The notes below the pieces were generated by a model, which did not search any database, was not told where the DNA came from, and saw only the letters and a list, made by a program, of their open reading frames with translations. Made by a program: the position numbers and the translations under genes. A stretch of DNA of 64,000 nt from a virus, in the IMG/VR virus record IMGVR_UViG_3300005534_000001, positions 28,528 through 92,527 of that record; one strand, written 5' to 3'. Shown piece by piece: positions 9,084-17,715 of the stretch. Position 1 is the first letter of the stretch. Each line of letters opens with the position of its first letter.

Positions 9084-9367
9084 TGGACAACCTTCGCACT
9101 CCGGAAGTAGTAGCGAAAGAACTTGAGCAACTTGCCGCCGATCTGCGCTCTGGAAAAGTTGAGCGATACCAAGCGCCAAAGTTGATTTCCAAGCTTGCGA
9201 ATCGAGTTGAGAGAGCATGAAGCGTGATATCTACGGAAACCCTCGGATGTCTCCCGATGAGTGGATTGCTACTCGTATCGGCTGGGGCTGGGGAGTCGTG
9301 GTTGTCATGGGATTCGTGGCCTTTATCGTTGGCTTATGGGAAACTGCTAAACACTTTTAGAATCAGA

Positions 9368-9739
9368 ATGCTTCTGGTCAAGACAGAAATCAAGCCAAGC
9401 TCAATTCACGGCATTGGTCTTTTCGCGGGCGAGGATATTGCAGCAGGGACGCTGGTGTGGGAATTCCGTGAGCCATTTGACCGGCACATGCCTGAGTCTG
9501 AATTTTATGCCCTCCCTCAGATAGCGCAAGAGCACGTTCGGCAAAGATCGATGCACAGCAAAGATGGCTGGTATCTGTTCACTGGCGACAACGACCGATT
9601 CATCAATCATTCTGAGTTTGCCAATCTCATTACCAACGAAGAAATAAGCCAAAGCCATGCAGCGAGAAATATCGCGCGAGGCGAAGAACTTACCGAAGAT
9701 TATCGGCTCTACAATGAGCCCGAAGGATTAAGTTTATGA
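9368..9739 (+). CDS. SET-domain protein-lysine methyltransferase
   Basis: SSIHGIGLFAGEDI..G; RFINHS..N; A.RNI.RGEELTEDY; true start at ATG 9368. Confidence 0.9.
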   Translation: MLLVKTEIKPSSIHGIGLFAGEDIAAGTLVWEFREPFDRHMPESEFYALPQIAQEHVRQRSMHSKDGWYLFTGDNDRFINHSEFANLITNEEISQSHAARNIARGEELTEDYRLYNEPEGLSL

Positions 9740-10236
9740 GAAAAAACAGATTCACCAATTTCAAGGCATGGCTGGTTCTGACGCTGGTCATCGTTGCAAT
9801 CTCAGGCTGCATCAAGCGGCAAGGTACCGGCAAGCCAGTTACGCCATTCGAGCAGGTGATGGTCTGGAATGATGCTCTGGCGCAGACCAATAACAGCGTG
9901 GCCAAAGGGATCATAGCGGTAAGCTCTGGTACCTCTCCGCTGGTTATGCCGGACAAAGCAGCCGTGATTCTTCTCCAGCAGCGTAATATTGCAACAGCCG
10001 ACCAGCAATTGACGATCATTTTCAAGACAGGGCAGGCCGGCGCAACACTTCAGGCAGCGCAGATCCAGGCGTTACTCAGTCAGATCAAGGCGGCCTCACT
10101 GGTACTCGTTGATTCCGGAGCCATCGGCGTAAAGAATCCGGCGAGTAAGCAGACGTTCGATGCTGATATCCAAGCCATCGGAGATTTAATTACCAATATC
10201 ACGAGCGGGTTGAAGTCGGCGGGGGTGATTCAATGA
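9736..10236 (+). CDS. lipoprotein (possible outer-membrane lysis or spanin-like component)
   Basis: Basic n-region, hydrophobic h-region, lipobox ISG|C. Confidence 0.7.
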   Translation: MRKNRFTNFKAWLVLTLVIVAISGCIKRQGTGKPVTPFEQVMVWNDALAQTNNSVAKGIIAVSSGTSPLVMPDKAAVILLQQRNIATADQQLTIIFKTGQAGATLQAAQIQALLSQIKAASLVLVDSGAIGVKNPASKQTFDADIQAIGDLITNITSGLKSAGVIQ

Positions 10237-10631
10237 ACCTACAAGACACCAAAGATTATCAGGACTACTGGCGTGGGAAAGTAGGAAGGCCAGTTCAGCG
10301 GATCTGTAACCTTGGGTTCCAATGGTTGCCGTCTAACTATGATCCTCTGACAACCATTGACGCGGAAAAGTGGGCAGCACATTTCCTCCAAGTCCTCCGC
10401 GAAAATCCCGAAATCATCATTGACCACGATTTCATGCTTACATGGTTCTCCAATGCCATCATGCGTGGATACGATGAGCGGTGCTGGCAATCGCTTCAGT
10501 ACAAGCGCAGTATTCGCCGTGCTCTGTTCTCGCGCTGGAACTGGCGTCACTATGCCATCGCCGATTGGCTCTCGCCCAAACTCCGTGGCCCTGAATGGCG
10601 CAAACATCTTGGATTGGAAGGTGCAAAGTGA
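10233..10631 (+). CDS. hypothetical phage protein (DA.KWA..F..MLTWFSNAI family)
   Basis: ORF with ATGA/GTGA overlaps on both sides. Confidence 0.6.
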   Translation: MNLQDTKDYQDYWRGKVGRPVQRICNLGFQWLPSNYDPLTTIDAEKWAAHFLQVLRENPEIIIDHDFMLTWFSNAIMRGYDERCWQSLQYKRSIRRALFSRWNWRHYAIADWLSPKLRGPEWRKHLGLEGAK

Positions 10632-10846
10632 ACGTAGCTCTTATTCTCCAGATCGGACAACTTGTTGCCACTCTTGGCCCTATTGCGCTGGACATGGCGC
10701 TGAAGATCCAGGCTTTACTTGCTCCATTGGGGCCGGATATCGCCGTCAACATTAAAGCATTGGGTGATGATGCAATCGCCGCAGACGCCGATACCGTGGC
10801 CGCCGTGAATGCTTTCTTGGCAGCGCATAACCTGCCGGCGATTTAA
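10628..10846 (+). CDS. small amphipathic helical protein
   Basis: GTG start overlapping upstream stop; Ala/Leu-rich. Confidence 0.55.
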   Translation: MNVALILQIGQLVATLGPIALDMALKIQALLAPLGPDIAVNIKALGDDAIAADADTVAAVNAFLAAHNLPAI

Positions 10847-10854
10847 ACAAACCT

Positions 10855-11045
10855 GCTCCCGTTGGCAGTGCAAGGTGCAAGGTAAGCAACGGGTGGCTGG
10901 ACGACTCTTGCAATTAGAGTTGCATCCCGCGTGGCTCTCACTGGCCACGTAAAAGAATCGTGCAGTGAGTGGGGGGATGAGCGGCTCGAAAATTGGGCTA
11001 CTGACACCTAGGCAAGGGCGGCTGCCGAATAACATGGCCGCCCGT
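10855..11045 (+). ncRNA. candidate structured RNA containing an H-type pseudoknot
   Basis: Intergenic; stems 10858-64/10887-93, 10903-08/10916-21, 10923-28/10974-79; pseudoknot S1 10929-35/10944-50 and S2 10937-43/10963-69; terminal GGGCGGC/GCCGCCC hairpin. Confidence 0.55.
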
Positions 11046-11053
11046 CAATTTCA

Positions 11054-11755
11054 ATGACCAAACTCAGGTCAGTAATCTCAATCGTTCTCAGTCTCTCAGC
11101 CATCTTCGCTCTGTGCTCTGTGGGCTATTTCTTCATCCATTTAAGCCGAACAGCAGACGCACTGGCAAATACTCCAGAGAGCGCAAATAGGACGCTTGAA
11201 TCCATTTCGGCGACATCGGCCAAGCTCTATGATACGACAACCCAATTAAACGATACGATTGCTCTTGCGAATAAACGACTCTTCGCGGATGGCGGCCTAA
11301 TCCAAGCAACTCAGAAATCCATCGTGGCCTACAAATCAGTTGCCGTGGAAGCGGCGATAGGCGAGAAAAAGTATTGGAATGAACTGGAAACCGGAACGAC
11401 TGAGGTTCTGGGCAACGCGAATAAGGCGCTCCAAGGATTGACCACGGCAGAAGTTGGAGTAACGGCAGACTTCCACGAAAGCACGGCTCATCTGAATGCA
11501 GCAGTTGACCGAATCGGCCCAATGGTAGACCAGGGCGGGAAAACGCTCAGAACGGCACAAGGCGCAATTGAAGCCATAGACGTACCAGCGGTAAACGAAA
11601 GCCTCAGAAACGCAAGCCTAGCAACGGGGAATGTGGCTGTAGCAACTGGCGACATCAAAGACGCGGTACATCGGTGGACGAGGCCGGCATCGGTGCTGAA
11701 GTCGCTGGCCATTAATCTGTTGGGATTGGCGGGTAGCGCGAGGGCGTTCTTTTGA
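11054..11755 (+). CDS. N-terminally anchored membrane protein with long periplasmic helical region (MlaD-tail or i-spanin-like)
   Basis: Single N-terminal TM helix followed by heptad-like Ala/Thr-rich helices. Confidence 0.6.
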   Translation: MTKLRSVISIVLSLSAIFALCSVGYFFIHLSRTADALANTPESANRTLESISATSAKLYDTTTQLNDTIALANKRLFADGGLIQATQKSIVAYKSVAVEAAIGEKKYWNELETGTTEVLGNANKALQGLTTAEVGVTADFHESTAHLNAAVDRIGPMVDQGGKTLRTAQGAIEAIDVPAVNESLRNASLATGNVAVATGDIKDAVHRWTRPASVLKSLAINLLGLAGSARAFF

Positions 11756-12135
11756 GCGACGAACCGCGCAAGAAAGCCTCTTATGTGGGAGCGCCAGCAG
11801 TGTTCGCTCTTGAGCAAGCCTGCAAAGACATCAACGATGCTTTCGGCGGGTACCGTTGCTATTTGGTTGGATCGGCGCTTGAACGTGGGGATTGGCGGGA
11901 TGTAGATGTCCGCTACATTATGGAAGACGAAGAGTTCTCCGTGCTCTTTCCGAATGCTGGCCAGCAGTGGGAACAAGATCCGCGCTGGCTATTGCTCACG
12001 GTTTCTATTTCGGAAAGGCTTTCCAGAATAACTGGGCTGCCGATTGATTTTCAGATTCAGCCGCAAACTCACGCCAATGAAAGGCATACAGGAATGCGTT
12101 CTGCAATCGGATTGAGAATATACAAACCAGAATGA
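11752..12135 (+). CDS. minimal Pol-beta-superfamily nucleotidyltransferase
   Basis: YLVGS(x7)DVDVR motif and third Asp in PIDFQ. Confidence 0.75.
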   Translation: MSDEPRKKASYVGAPAVFALEQACKDINDAFGGYRCYLVGSALERGDWRDVDVRYIMEDEEFSVLFPNAGQQWEQDPRWLLLTVSISERLSRITGLPIDFQIQPQTHANERHTGMRSAIGLRIYKPE

Positions 12136-12275
12136 AAATCTCCGACTTGCTAAATTCCACAGACAACAGAAAAGGTTCACGCTTACTAAGTCTTCTCGGT
12201 AGATTCTGGGGGAGATACCGAGATTGAGGGGCTGGAGACGGCCCCTCGCTTTTATTCCCCGGCATCACACTCTTT

Positions 12276-12584
12276 ATGACCACTCAACAACTTTTCATAC
12301 CGCGTGGCGTATTTGCCACCAAGATCATCATACTGGCGTTCGCAATTCCACTCGCTGCCATACTCGCTATCCTGGCAATAATACAAACAGGGAGTGTAAA
12401 CGTGGACCCAGATACTATCGCAACACTGTGGAAGGCATTCTTTGGGCTCAGCGGAGCCGCTAACCTGTTCTGTGTTTACAAGTTAGCCGTGATCAGCTAT
12501 CAACATAAACTCATGTGGACCGACTTCGAACGGCGTAAGCGATTGAACGGTGGCCACAGTCAACACTCCAGCGATGGGGAATAA
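12276..12584 (+). CDS. 2-TM membrane protein (holin-like)
   Basis: Two hydrophobic helices with charged C-tail. Confidence 0.55.
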   Translation: MTTQQLFIPRGVFATKIIILAFAIPLAAILAILAIIQTGSVNVDPDTIATLWKAFFGLSGAANLFCVYKLAVISYQHKLMWTDFERRKRLNGGHSQHSSDGE

Positions 12585-12670
12585 AATTTACGAAAACAGA
12601 AAAATGGTGAAGGTGTTGATGACAGACTTAAGAAACAGCGATAAAGTCTCCCATAGAGGAGATTTTTTAT

Positions 12671-12796
12671 ATGAAAAAGCTGTTCTTCATAGTGGCATCA
12701 TGCGTTTTACTCTTTGCTCTCATTCGTCCAGCGTCCGTTCCGGTGGATGGTCCCTGGCCGCCTCCGCAGTGCTTCCCGCCACAGGTCTGCAACTGA
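12671..12796 (+). CDS. secreted Pro/Cys-rich signalling-like peptide precursor (41 aa, absent from ORF track)
   Basis: MKKLFFIVASCVLLFALIRPASVPVDGPWPPPQCFPPQVCN; GAGGAG RBS; signal peptide plus short disulfide-loop core. Confidence 0.75.
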   Translation: MKKLFFIVASCVLLFALIRPASVPVDGPWPPPQCFPPQVCN

Positions 12797-12815
12797 CCGA
12801 CTCAGGAGGTTGGGC

Positions 12816-13484
12816 ATGAATCTCAACCTCCTGAATTATTTTGTCGGGATCTTAGGAACCGTACTGTACATTGCCGTTTTGGTTCGCGTCATCACCAGCA
12901 AGTTTGCTCCTCATTTGTCAATGTTCCGCGTTTATTTGGCCTACTGGTCGCTTGCTTCAATCAGCATGGCATTCGCGACTTTATGGCCTACCGCGTACCC
13001 GCAAATATATTCTGTTCTCGCGGCGCAAATTGGCTCTGTTGGGCAGGGCATTATGGCCTTGGCTCTAATCAATATCACTCTGGCAAAAGTCAAAGACAAT
13101 TTATTTCCGATTGCGTTCTTTGTGATTACAGCCGCGCTGCTGTTCGTTGTCTTCTTGGATGGAACTCCGAACACGGTTTCCTCTTTGCTGAGGCTGGGCT
13201 GGCGCTGGGATGCGGTTGCTGGGTTATTACTGGCTTTCACGTTGATGCGTTCTCAGGTGTGGCGCTGGGAATACTCCTATTCGGTAATCGCCTATTATCT
13301 CTTGGCGCAAATCACTCTTCACATCGGCGCAGTCTACCTCCAGAGCATCTGGAATGACACCCACTTCGGGATCGTGGCGCTTGCTCATCAATTGTCATGC
13401 GTTGGGCCGCTGTGGTGGATGACTCGGAAAGTTTTCAGGATGACAAGGCCAGCAGAATCCAAATCGTATGGAGTTGGTGCTTAA
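12816..13484 (+). CDS. 7-TM integral membrane receptor-like protein (222 aa)
   Basis: AGGAGG RBS at 12804-09; about 7 hydrophobic helices; no cytoplasmic output domain. Confidence 0.75.
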   Translation: MNLNLLNYFVGILGTVLYIAVLVRVITSKFAPHLSMFRVYLAYWSLASISMAFATLWPTAYPQIYSVLAAQIGSVGQGIMALALINITLAKVKDNLFPIAFFVITAALLFVVFLDGTPNTVSSLLRLGWRWDAVAGLLLAFTLMRSQVWRWEYSYSVIAYYLLAQITLHIGAVYLQSIWNDTHFGIVALAHQLSCVGPLWWMTRKVFRMTRPAESKSYGVGA

Positions 13485-13487
13485 TTT

Positions 13488-13928
13488 ATGACCGACAAGC
13501 ACAGTATCGAAGAATTTTCGGATTTTGCCAGCGGTGAGCGTCTACGAGAAGAGTTGCGGAGCGCAGGATTTGCTAAGGCCGCCGATGCCATGCTGGTTAT
13601 TGACGCTAAAGGCAAGATCGTAGTGGTCAATGAACAGGTGACAACGTTCTTTTGGTACACCGAAGCCGAATTGCTGGGCGCGTCCGTTGATATTCTAGTA
13701 CCTGAGAAATTGCGTGATGCCCATGCTCAGCACCGTACAGATTACGTTGATAATCCGGTTGTGCGTTCAATGGGTGCTGGCCGGGAATTGAGCGGACGGC
13801 GCAAAGACGGCAAGGAGTTCCGGGTTGAAATCAGCATCAATCCCCTGCCTCATAGAAATGAAATGTTTTTCATGGCCATCGTGCGAAGGCCTACGGTGAA
13901 GATGATTGCATCGGGCGTCCAAGGCTAA
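13488..13928 (+). CDS. stand-alone PAS-domain protein
   Basis: DAMLVID..G.IV.VN....F.Y...EL.G..VDILVP...R.MG....L.GRRKDG.EF.VEISI. Confidence 0.9.
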   Translation: MTDKHSIEEFSDFASGERLREELRSAGFAKAADAMLVIDAKGKIVVVNEQVTTFFWYTEAELLGASVDILVPEKLRDAHAQHRTDYVDNPVVRSMGAGRELSGRRKDGKEFRVEISINPLPHRNEMFFMAIVRRPTVKMIASGVQG

Positions 13929-13932
13929 GGAC

Positions 13933-14172
13933 ATGGCAACTCGCGATCAGATGATCGCCGATGCGCTCAAGGAAGTTAAAGACGGTCTCAAGGATTTAGG
14001 AAACAAGTTTGACAACAACAAAGACGAGCGTAACCGCGAGATGGCCGAATTTAAACAGCAATATGCCAGAGAAATGGCCAAACTGGAAACACAAGTCAAG
14101 ATTTACGCCGGTATCGCTGGGGCCCTGGGAATGGCAATCGGTACGGCAGTTTCAAAGTTGTTAGTGAGATAG
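13933..14172 (+). CDS. coiled coil + C-terminal TM protein (XhlA-like holin candidate)
   Basis: AAGGA RBS; heptad region then a single TM helix. Confidence 0.55.
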   Translation: MATRDQMIADALKEVKDGLKDLGNKFDNNKDERNREMAEFKQQYAREMAKLETQVKIYAGIAGALGMAIGTAVSKLLVR

Positions 14173-14193
14173 GGTTTTCATAGGAGCAACAAA

Positions 14194-14382
14194 ATGGCAT
14201 CAACCATACAGCACGCTTTTCTCATTATCGCTATCATCTGTTGGTTTCTTTCGTCATGTGCAGCAGTGTTCGGATATTTCATCCCGGCAACTCCCGCGAC
14301 CAATCCCTATTACGGGCGCTCGCTGGCAATTCCCTTTATCGCCGTGGGGTTATTTTTCTACGGCATGGCAATCTATAAGTAG
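14194..14382 (+). CDS. small 2-TM membrane protein
   Basis: AGGAG RBS; two hydrophobic helices. Confidence 0.6.
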   Translation: MASTIQHAFLIIAIICWFLSSCAAVFGYFIPATPATNPYYGRSLAIPFIAVGLFFYGMAIYK

Positions 14383-14598
14383 CGGCGGCATGTCAGCCGC
14401 AGGGATAAAACCCTCTCGTAACTTTAAATCTTCAGAATTTATCCTGGAGATAGACGAAAACGGCGAACACTTCTGGGTTGGAGATGCGGGCGAGAAATTG
14501 ACGGAGTTCTTGAGTTTCAAGGCTGAAGATTATTCTCCGAATACCAAGGTAATACTTTACCCGCCATTAACGCGCACTCGCGGCGATAATGGTGAGAC

Positions 14599-15156
14599 AT
14601 GAAGAAGTTCAAAAATAACGGGCAAAGAGTAATTGACCCGACAGAGAATGTCATGTCTCTTGTCGCGGCAGCCCAAAAACGGCAGGATGATCTTCGAGAA
14701 GCGGAGAACAGGCGAATTGATGATCTCAGAAAACAGCAAGTACAGTACGAGCACGAATTGCGTACAGTCCGTTCGCAATATCAGGATGAATTAGCTCAAG
14801 CAGAATCTAAGCGCATTGATGCGCTGGCAACGGCGGAATCGCGAAGGCTTGACGCTGTTCTTGCGGGCATGAAGGCAGATGTGGCACTCGCTAGCGAAAA
14901 AGCCAGTGCGACCGCAGCAACCCTCGCCGCTTCCGTAGCTGCTACGGCAACGGCCACGGCATCACAGATTAATGAACTGCGGAACACTCTTGATAAGAGG
15001 CTTGCCGCAGTGGAGCAAAATCAGTATCAGGCGGGCGGAGCACAGACGCAACGCAGCGAAGGGCAGAAATCGAATCAGTGGGCAATCACGACCGCGATTG
15101 TCATTGGCATGGCCGTCATTACATTTCTGCTATCTCGTATCTGGCCGGCCCATTAG
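14599..15156 (+). CDS. coiled-coil protein with C-terminal TM anchor
   Basis: DPTENV..LV motif, long coiled coil, C-terminal hydrophobic helix. Confidence 0.65.
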   Translation: MKKFKNNGQRVIDPTENVMSLVAAAQKRQDDLREAENRRIDDLRKQQVQYEHELRTVRSQYQDELAQAESKRIDALATAESRRLDAVLAGMKADVALASEKASATAATLAASVAATATATASQINELRNTLDKRLAAVEQNQYQAGGAQTQRSEGQKSNQWAITTAIVIGMAVITFLLSRIWPAH

Positions 15157-15170
15157 GGGTATGCGATAAC

Positions 15171-15578
15171 GTGATTACAGCATCTCAAATATTGGCCCAT
15201 CTCTGGGGCGATTACATTTTCCAGTCCGATTGGATGGCCAACGGTAAAACTAAGTGGTGGTTTCCGTGTGCGATGCACGTCCTGTTCTATTGTCCAGCAT
15301 TCTTGCTTTTCCATCCGAGTTGGCAGGCAATGGCGGTCATCGCAGTGACGCACTATTTCATTGACCGCTATCGGCTGGCCCGCTTCGTCGTGTTCGCAAA
15401 GAACTGGTATCTAAAGAAATTCGATTTCTGGAAGCCGATGCCGGTTGGATGGCAGCATAAAGTAACTCCGACTGGATACCCAGAGTCAACGCCCGATTGG
15501 TTGGCGGTCTGGCTCCTGATCATTGCGGACAATATCCTACATCTGACAATTAACGGTCTTGCGCTGAGGTATCTGTGA
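15171..15578 (+). CDS. DUF3307-family membrane protein
   Basis: LAHLWGDYIFQSDWMA, H..Y, THYFID, IADNILH motifs; GTG start. Confidence 0.8.
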   Translation: MITASQILAHLWGDYIFQSDWMANGKTKWWFPCAMHVLFYCPAFLLFHPSWQAMAVIAVTHYFIDRYRLARFVVFAKNWYLKKFDFWKPMPVGWQHKVTPTGYPESTPDWLAVWLLIIADNILHLTINGLALRYL

Positions 15579-17473
15579 GCACAACAGCCCCATATCTAAT
15601 TGATCTTCTGCCAGCCGGCAGCAATGCAACCGTCCTGTTCCATGAAATGGGATGGTTTCAGAAGTCTCCGAATGGTCACCGAAATGTCGGCTACAACAGC
15701 GACGATCAAGTGACGGTAGATCGGCATCTGGATATGATCTTGGCGTTCGGCAGGGGGATTCCAGCTTCGCGGCTAGGAGTTATTCTGGACTGGTACGGGC
15801 CGGGATTCAAAGACCCATATATTGACAAAGCGGGATTGCTGCTAAAAGCCGGTTGTGAAAAGCGGGGCATGAAACTCTCGCTCTGCTTCGATCATGGGAT
15901 TCCCGATGTTCCAGGAGCAGTCGCATACGCAGCGCAGAATTATTTCGGTTCGCCGGCGTTCTTGCGGCATTCGAGCGGCAAATTATTTGTCACTGACTTC
16001 AACACGTCTGCCGATTGGAATACATTGTCCGCTCAATATGGACTGCATTGCTGCCGATGGACAAACGCGAAGCCGGGAGGGTACGCATGGATCAAATGTG
16101 GCCCTGGCGATAACCCTACGGCAATAGACACCCTTTGCCGTGAAAATCAACTCGTGGAAGTTCCTGGAGTGTGCGCTGGTTTCGATGACGGAGATCCGGC
16201 GAATATGGCGCAATCGAAGTGGGGCGGTCCACGGCGAACGGCTGGGTATGAGAACGGCCAAGCGTGGCTGAGAACGTGGAAGAGCGTACCAGTAGAGGCG
16301 CAGATCATTCAGGTCATCACATTGAGCGACATTGACGAGAGAACGGGAATAATCGGATGCTTGGGAGAGAGCCTGCCAGCCGATTGTATTTTGCCGGTCG
16401 GCGGAGTAATCCCGAATGTGCTTTCAGGTACCCCGGCGCTCAATCCTCCTAAAATACCGCCCAAGCCTACGCCAATCCAGCAAGTACCCCCGGCGCCCAA
16501 AATCGATTACCAAGCCAACATCCTGAAGGCTGGCGCGTACCTTAGAGCATGCGTTGCCCCAGACGGCGAAATCCTGATGGCTCTGGACTCGCCAATCGTA
16601 AACCCGTATTTCTCGAATCTGGCAGCCCTCGGAATGTGCCATGATCCAGCGTGTATTCCATTTGTCATCAATTGGATGAAATGGTACATCGCCCATGAGA
16701 ATTTCCCTGACAAATGGGGTGCGATGGGAACGGTATACGATGCGTCCGAAGTCGGCGGGAAGTCAGTTTCGAGTAACGGAGCCGATTCAACGGATTCTTA
16801 CGCAGCAACGTTTCTGAGTGTGGCGTGGGCGCTCTGGAATACTGGCGATGCGACGGCACAGGTTTACGTAAAATCTATTATTCCGCAATTGCTTGCAGTC
16901 GCTGAAGTAGTGCTTCAAACTCAGCAGCCAGACGGTCTTACATGGGCGCTGCCTAATTATCATCAGAAGTATTTGATGGACAATTGCGAAGGATACCGAG
17001 GTCTTATGGACTTCGCATCTCTGTTGCGCGTGACTGGAGCGCAATATACCGGAGATTATTATGGGCGAAAAGCATCCGAAATCCTCAACGGTCTGAAATT
17101 CATGTGGCTGGGCAAGTTATGGTCTCCATCCAAAGACGAAGCCGGGACCATCGCACAGCCGAACTTGGCAACTTGGTATCCCGATGCCGTTTGCCAGTTA
17201 TTTCCAGCAATGCTTGGCGTTGACCCAAATTCGCAGATCACTTACGCTGCATTCAATAAATCTTGGCCGAAATGGTCAACCCTTGAGCACGGATCAGATA
17301 CTTTCCCTTGGTGCCTCTGTGCTTACGCGGCTGCGATCATGGGCGATACCGTGCGGGCAAACGAGTTTATTAGCGCAGTCATGGCGAAGTGGGCAAACGG
17401 ATTTACGTGGCCTTTCTTCTCTGCTGAGGCTGGATGGTTTGCTCTGGCTAATGCTATGATGGGCAAGAAATGA
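15575..17473 (+). CDS. two-domain glycoside hydrolase: GH99/GH71-like TIM barrel + Pro linker + (alpha/alpha)6 barrel
   Basis: VGYNSDD..GVILDWYG..GFDD..IQVIT..D.DE in domain 1; PPKIPPKPTP linker; DSTDSYAATF..QQPDGLT..YLMDN.E in domain 2. Confidence 0.65.
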   Translation: MSTTAPYLIDLLPAGSNATVLFHEMGWFQKSPNGHRNVGYNSDDQVTVDRHLDMILAFGRGIPASRLGVILDWYGPGFKDPYIDKAGLLLKAGCEKRGMKLSLCFDHGIPDVPGAVAYAAQNYFGSPAFLRHSSGKLFVTDFNTSADWNTLSAQYGLHCCRWTNAKPGGYAWIKCGPGDNPTAIDTLCRENQLVEVPGVCAGFDDGDPANMAQSKWGGPRRTAGYENGQAWLRTWKSVPVEAQIIQVITLSDIDERTGIIGCLGESLPADCILPVGGVIPNVLSGTPALNPPKIPPKPTPIQQVPPAPKIDYQANILKAGAYLRACVAPDGEILMALDSPIVNPYFSNLAALGMCHDPACIPFVINWMKWYIAHENFPDKWGAMGTVYDASEVGGKSVSSNGADSTDSYAATFLSVAWALWNTGDATAQVYVKSIIPQLLAVAEVVLQTQQPDGLTWALPNYHQKYLMDNCEGYRGLMDFASLLRVTGAQYTGDYYGRKASEILNGLKFMWLGKLWSPSKDEAGTIAQPNLATWYPDAVCQLFPAMLGVDPNSQITYAAFNKSWPKWSTLEHGSDTFPWCLCAYAAAIMGDTVRANEFISAVMAKWANGFTWPFFSAEAGWFALANAMMGKK

Positions 17474-17715
17474 GAGATATAGTCGTTGCTCTTCTCGTGA
17501 TTTTTATTGTCGCACTCGTAGTTTTTACGAGATGGATGAAAACCATCCAGTTGCCGCGATTAATTGCCGAAAGAACACTGCTAGGAATCCCGAGTGGCCA
17601 GAGTTATTGGAGTTGGCCAAAAGACAAGAAACTTGAAAGATTAGTTTCTGAGCGCGAACTGAATAGGTCACAAATTAAAATCTTGGAGATGCTTGGATTT
17701 ATGGTGCATGGATGA
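17470..17715 (+). CDS. small membrane-anchored protein
   Basis: N-terminal TM; ATGA overlaps. Confidence 0.5.
   Translation: MRDIVVALLVIFIVALVVFTRWMKTIQLPRLIAERTLLGIPSGQSYWSWPKDKKLERLVSERELNRSQIKILEMLGFMVHG

Noticed and set aside
10971-10995. Hammerhead-like GATGAG..CTCGAAA
   Set aside because: Lacks the invariant CUGA start and convincing stems I and III.
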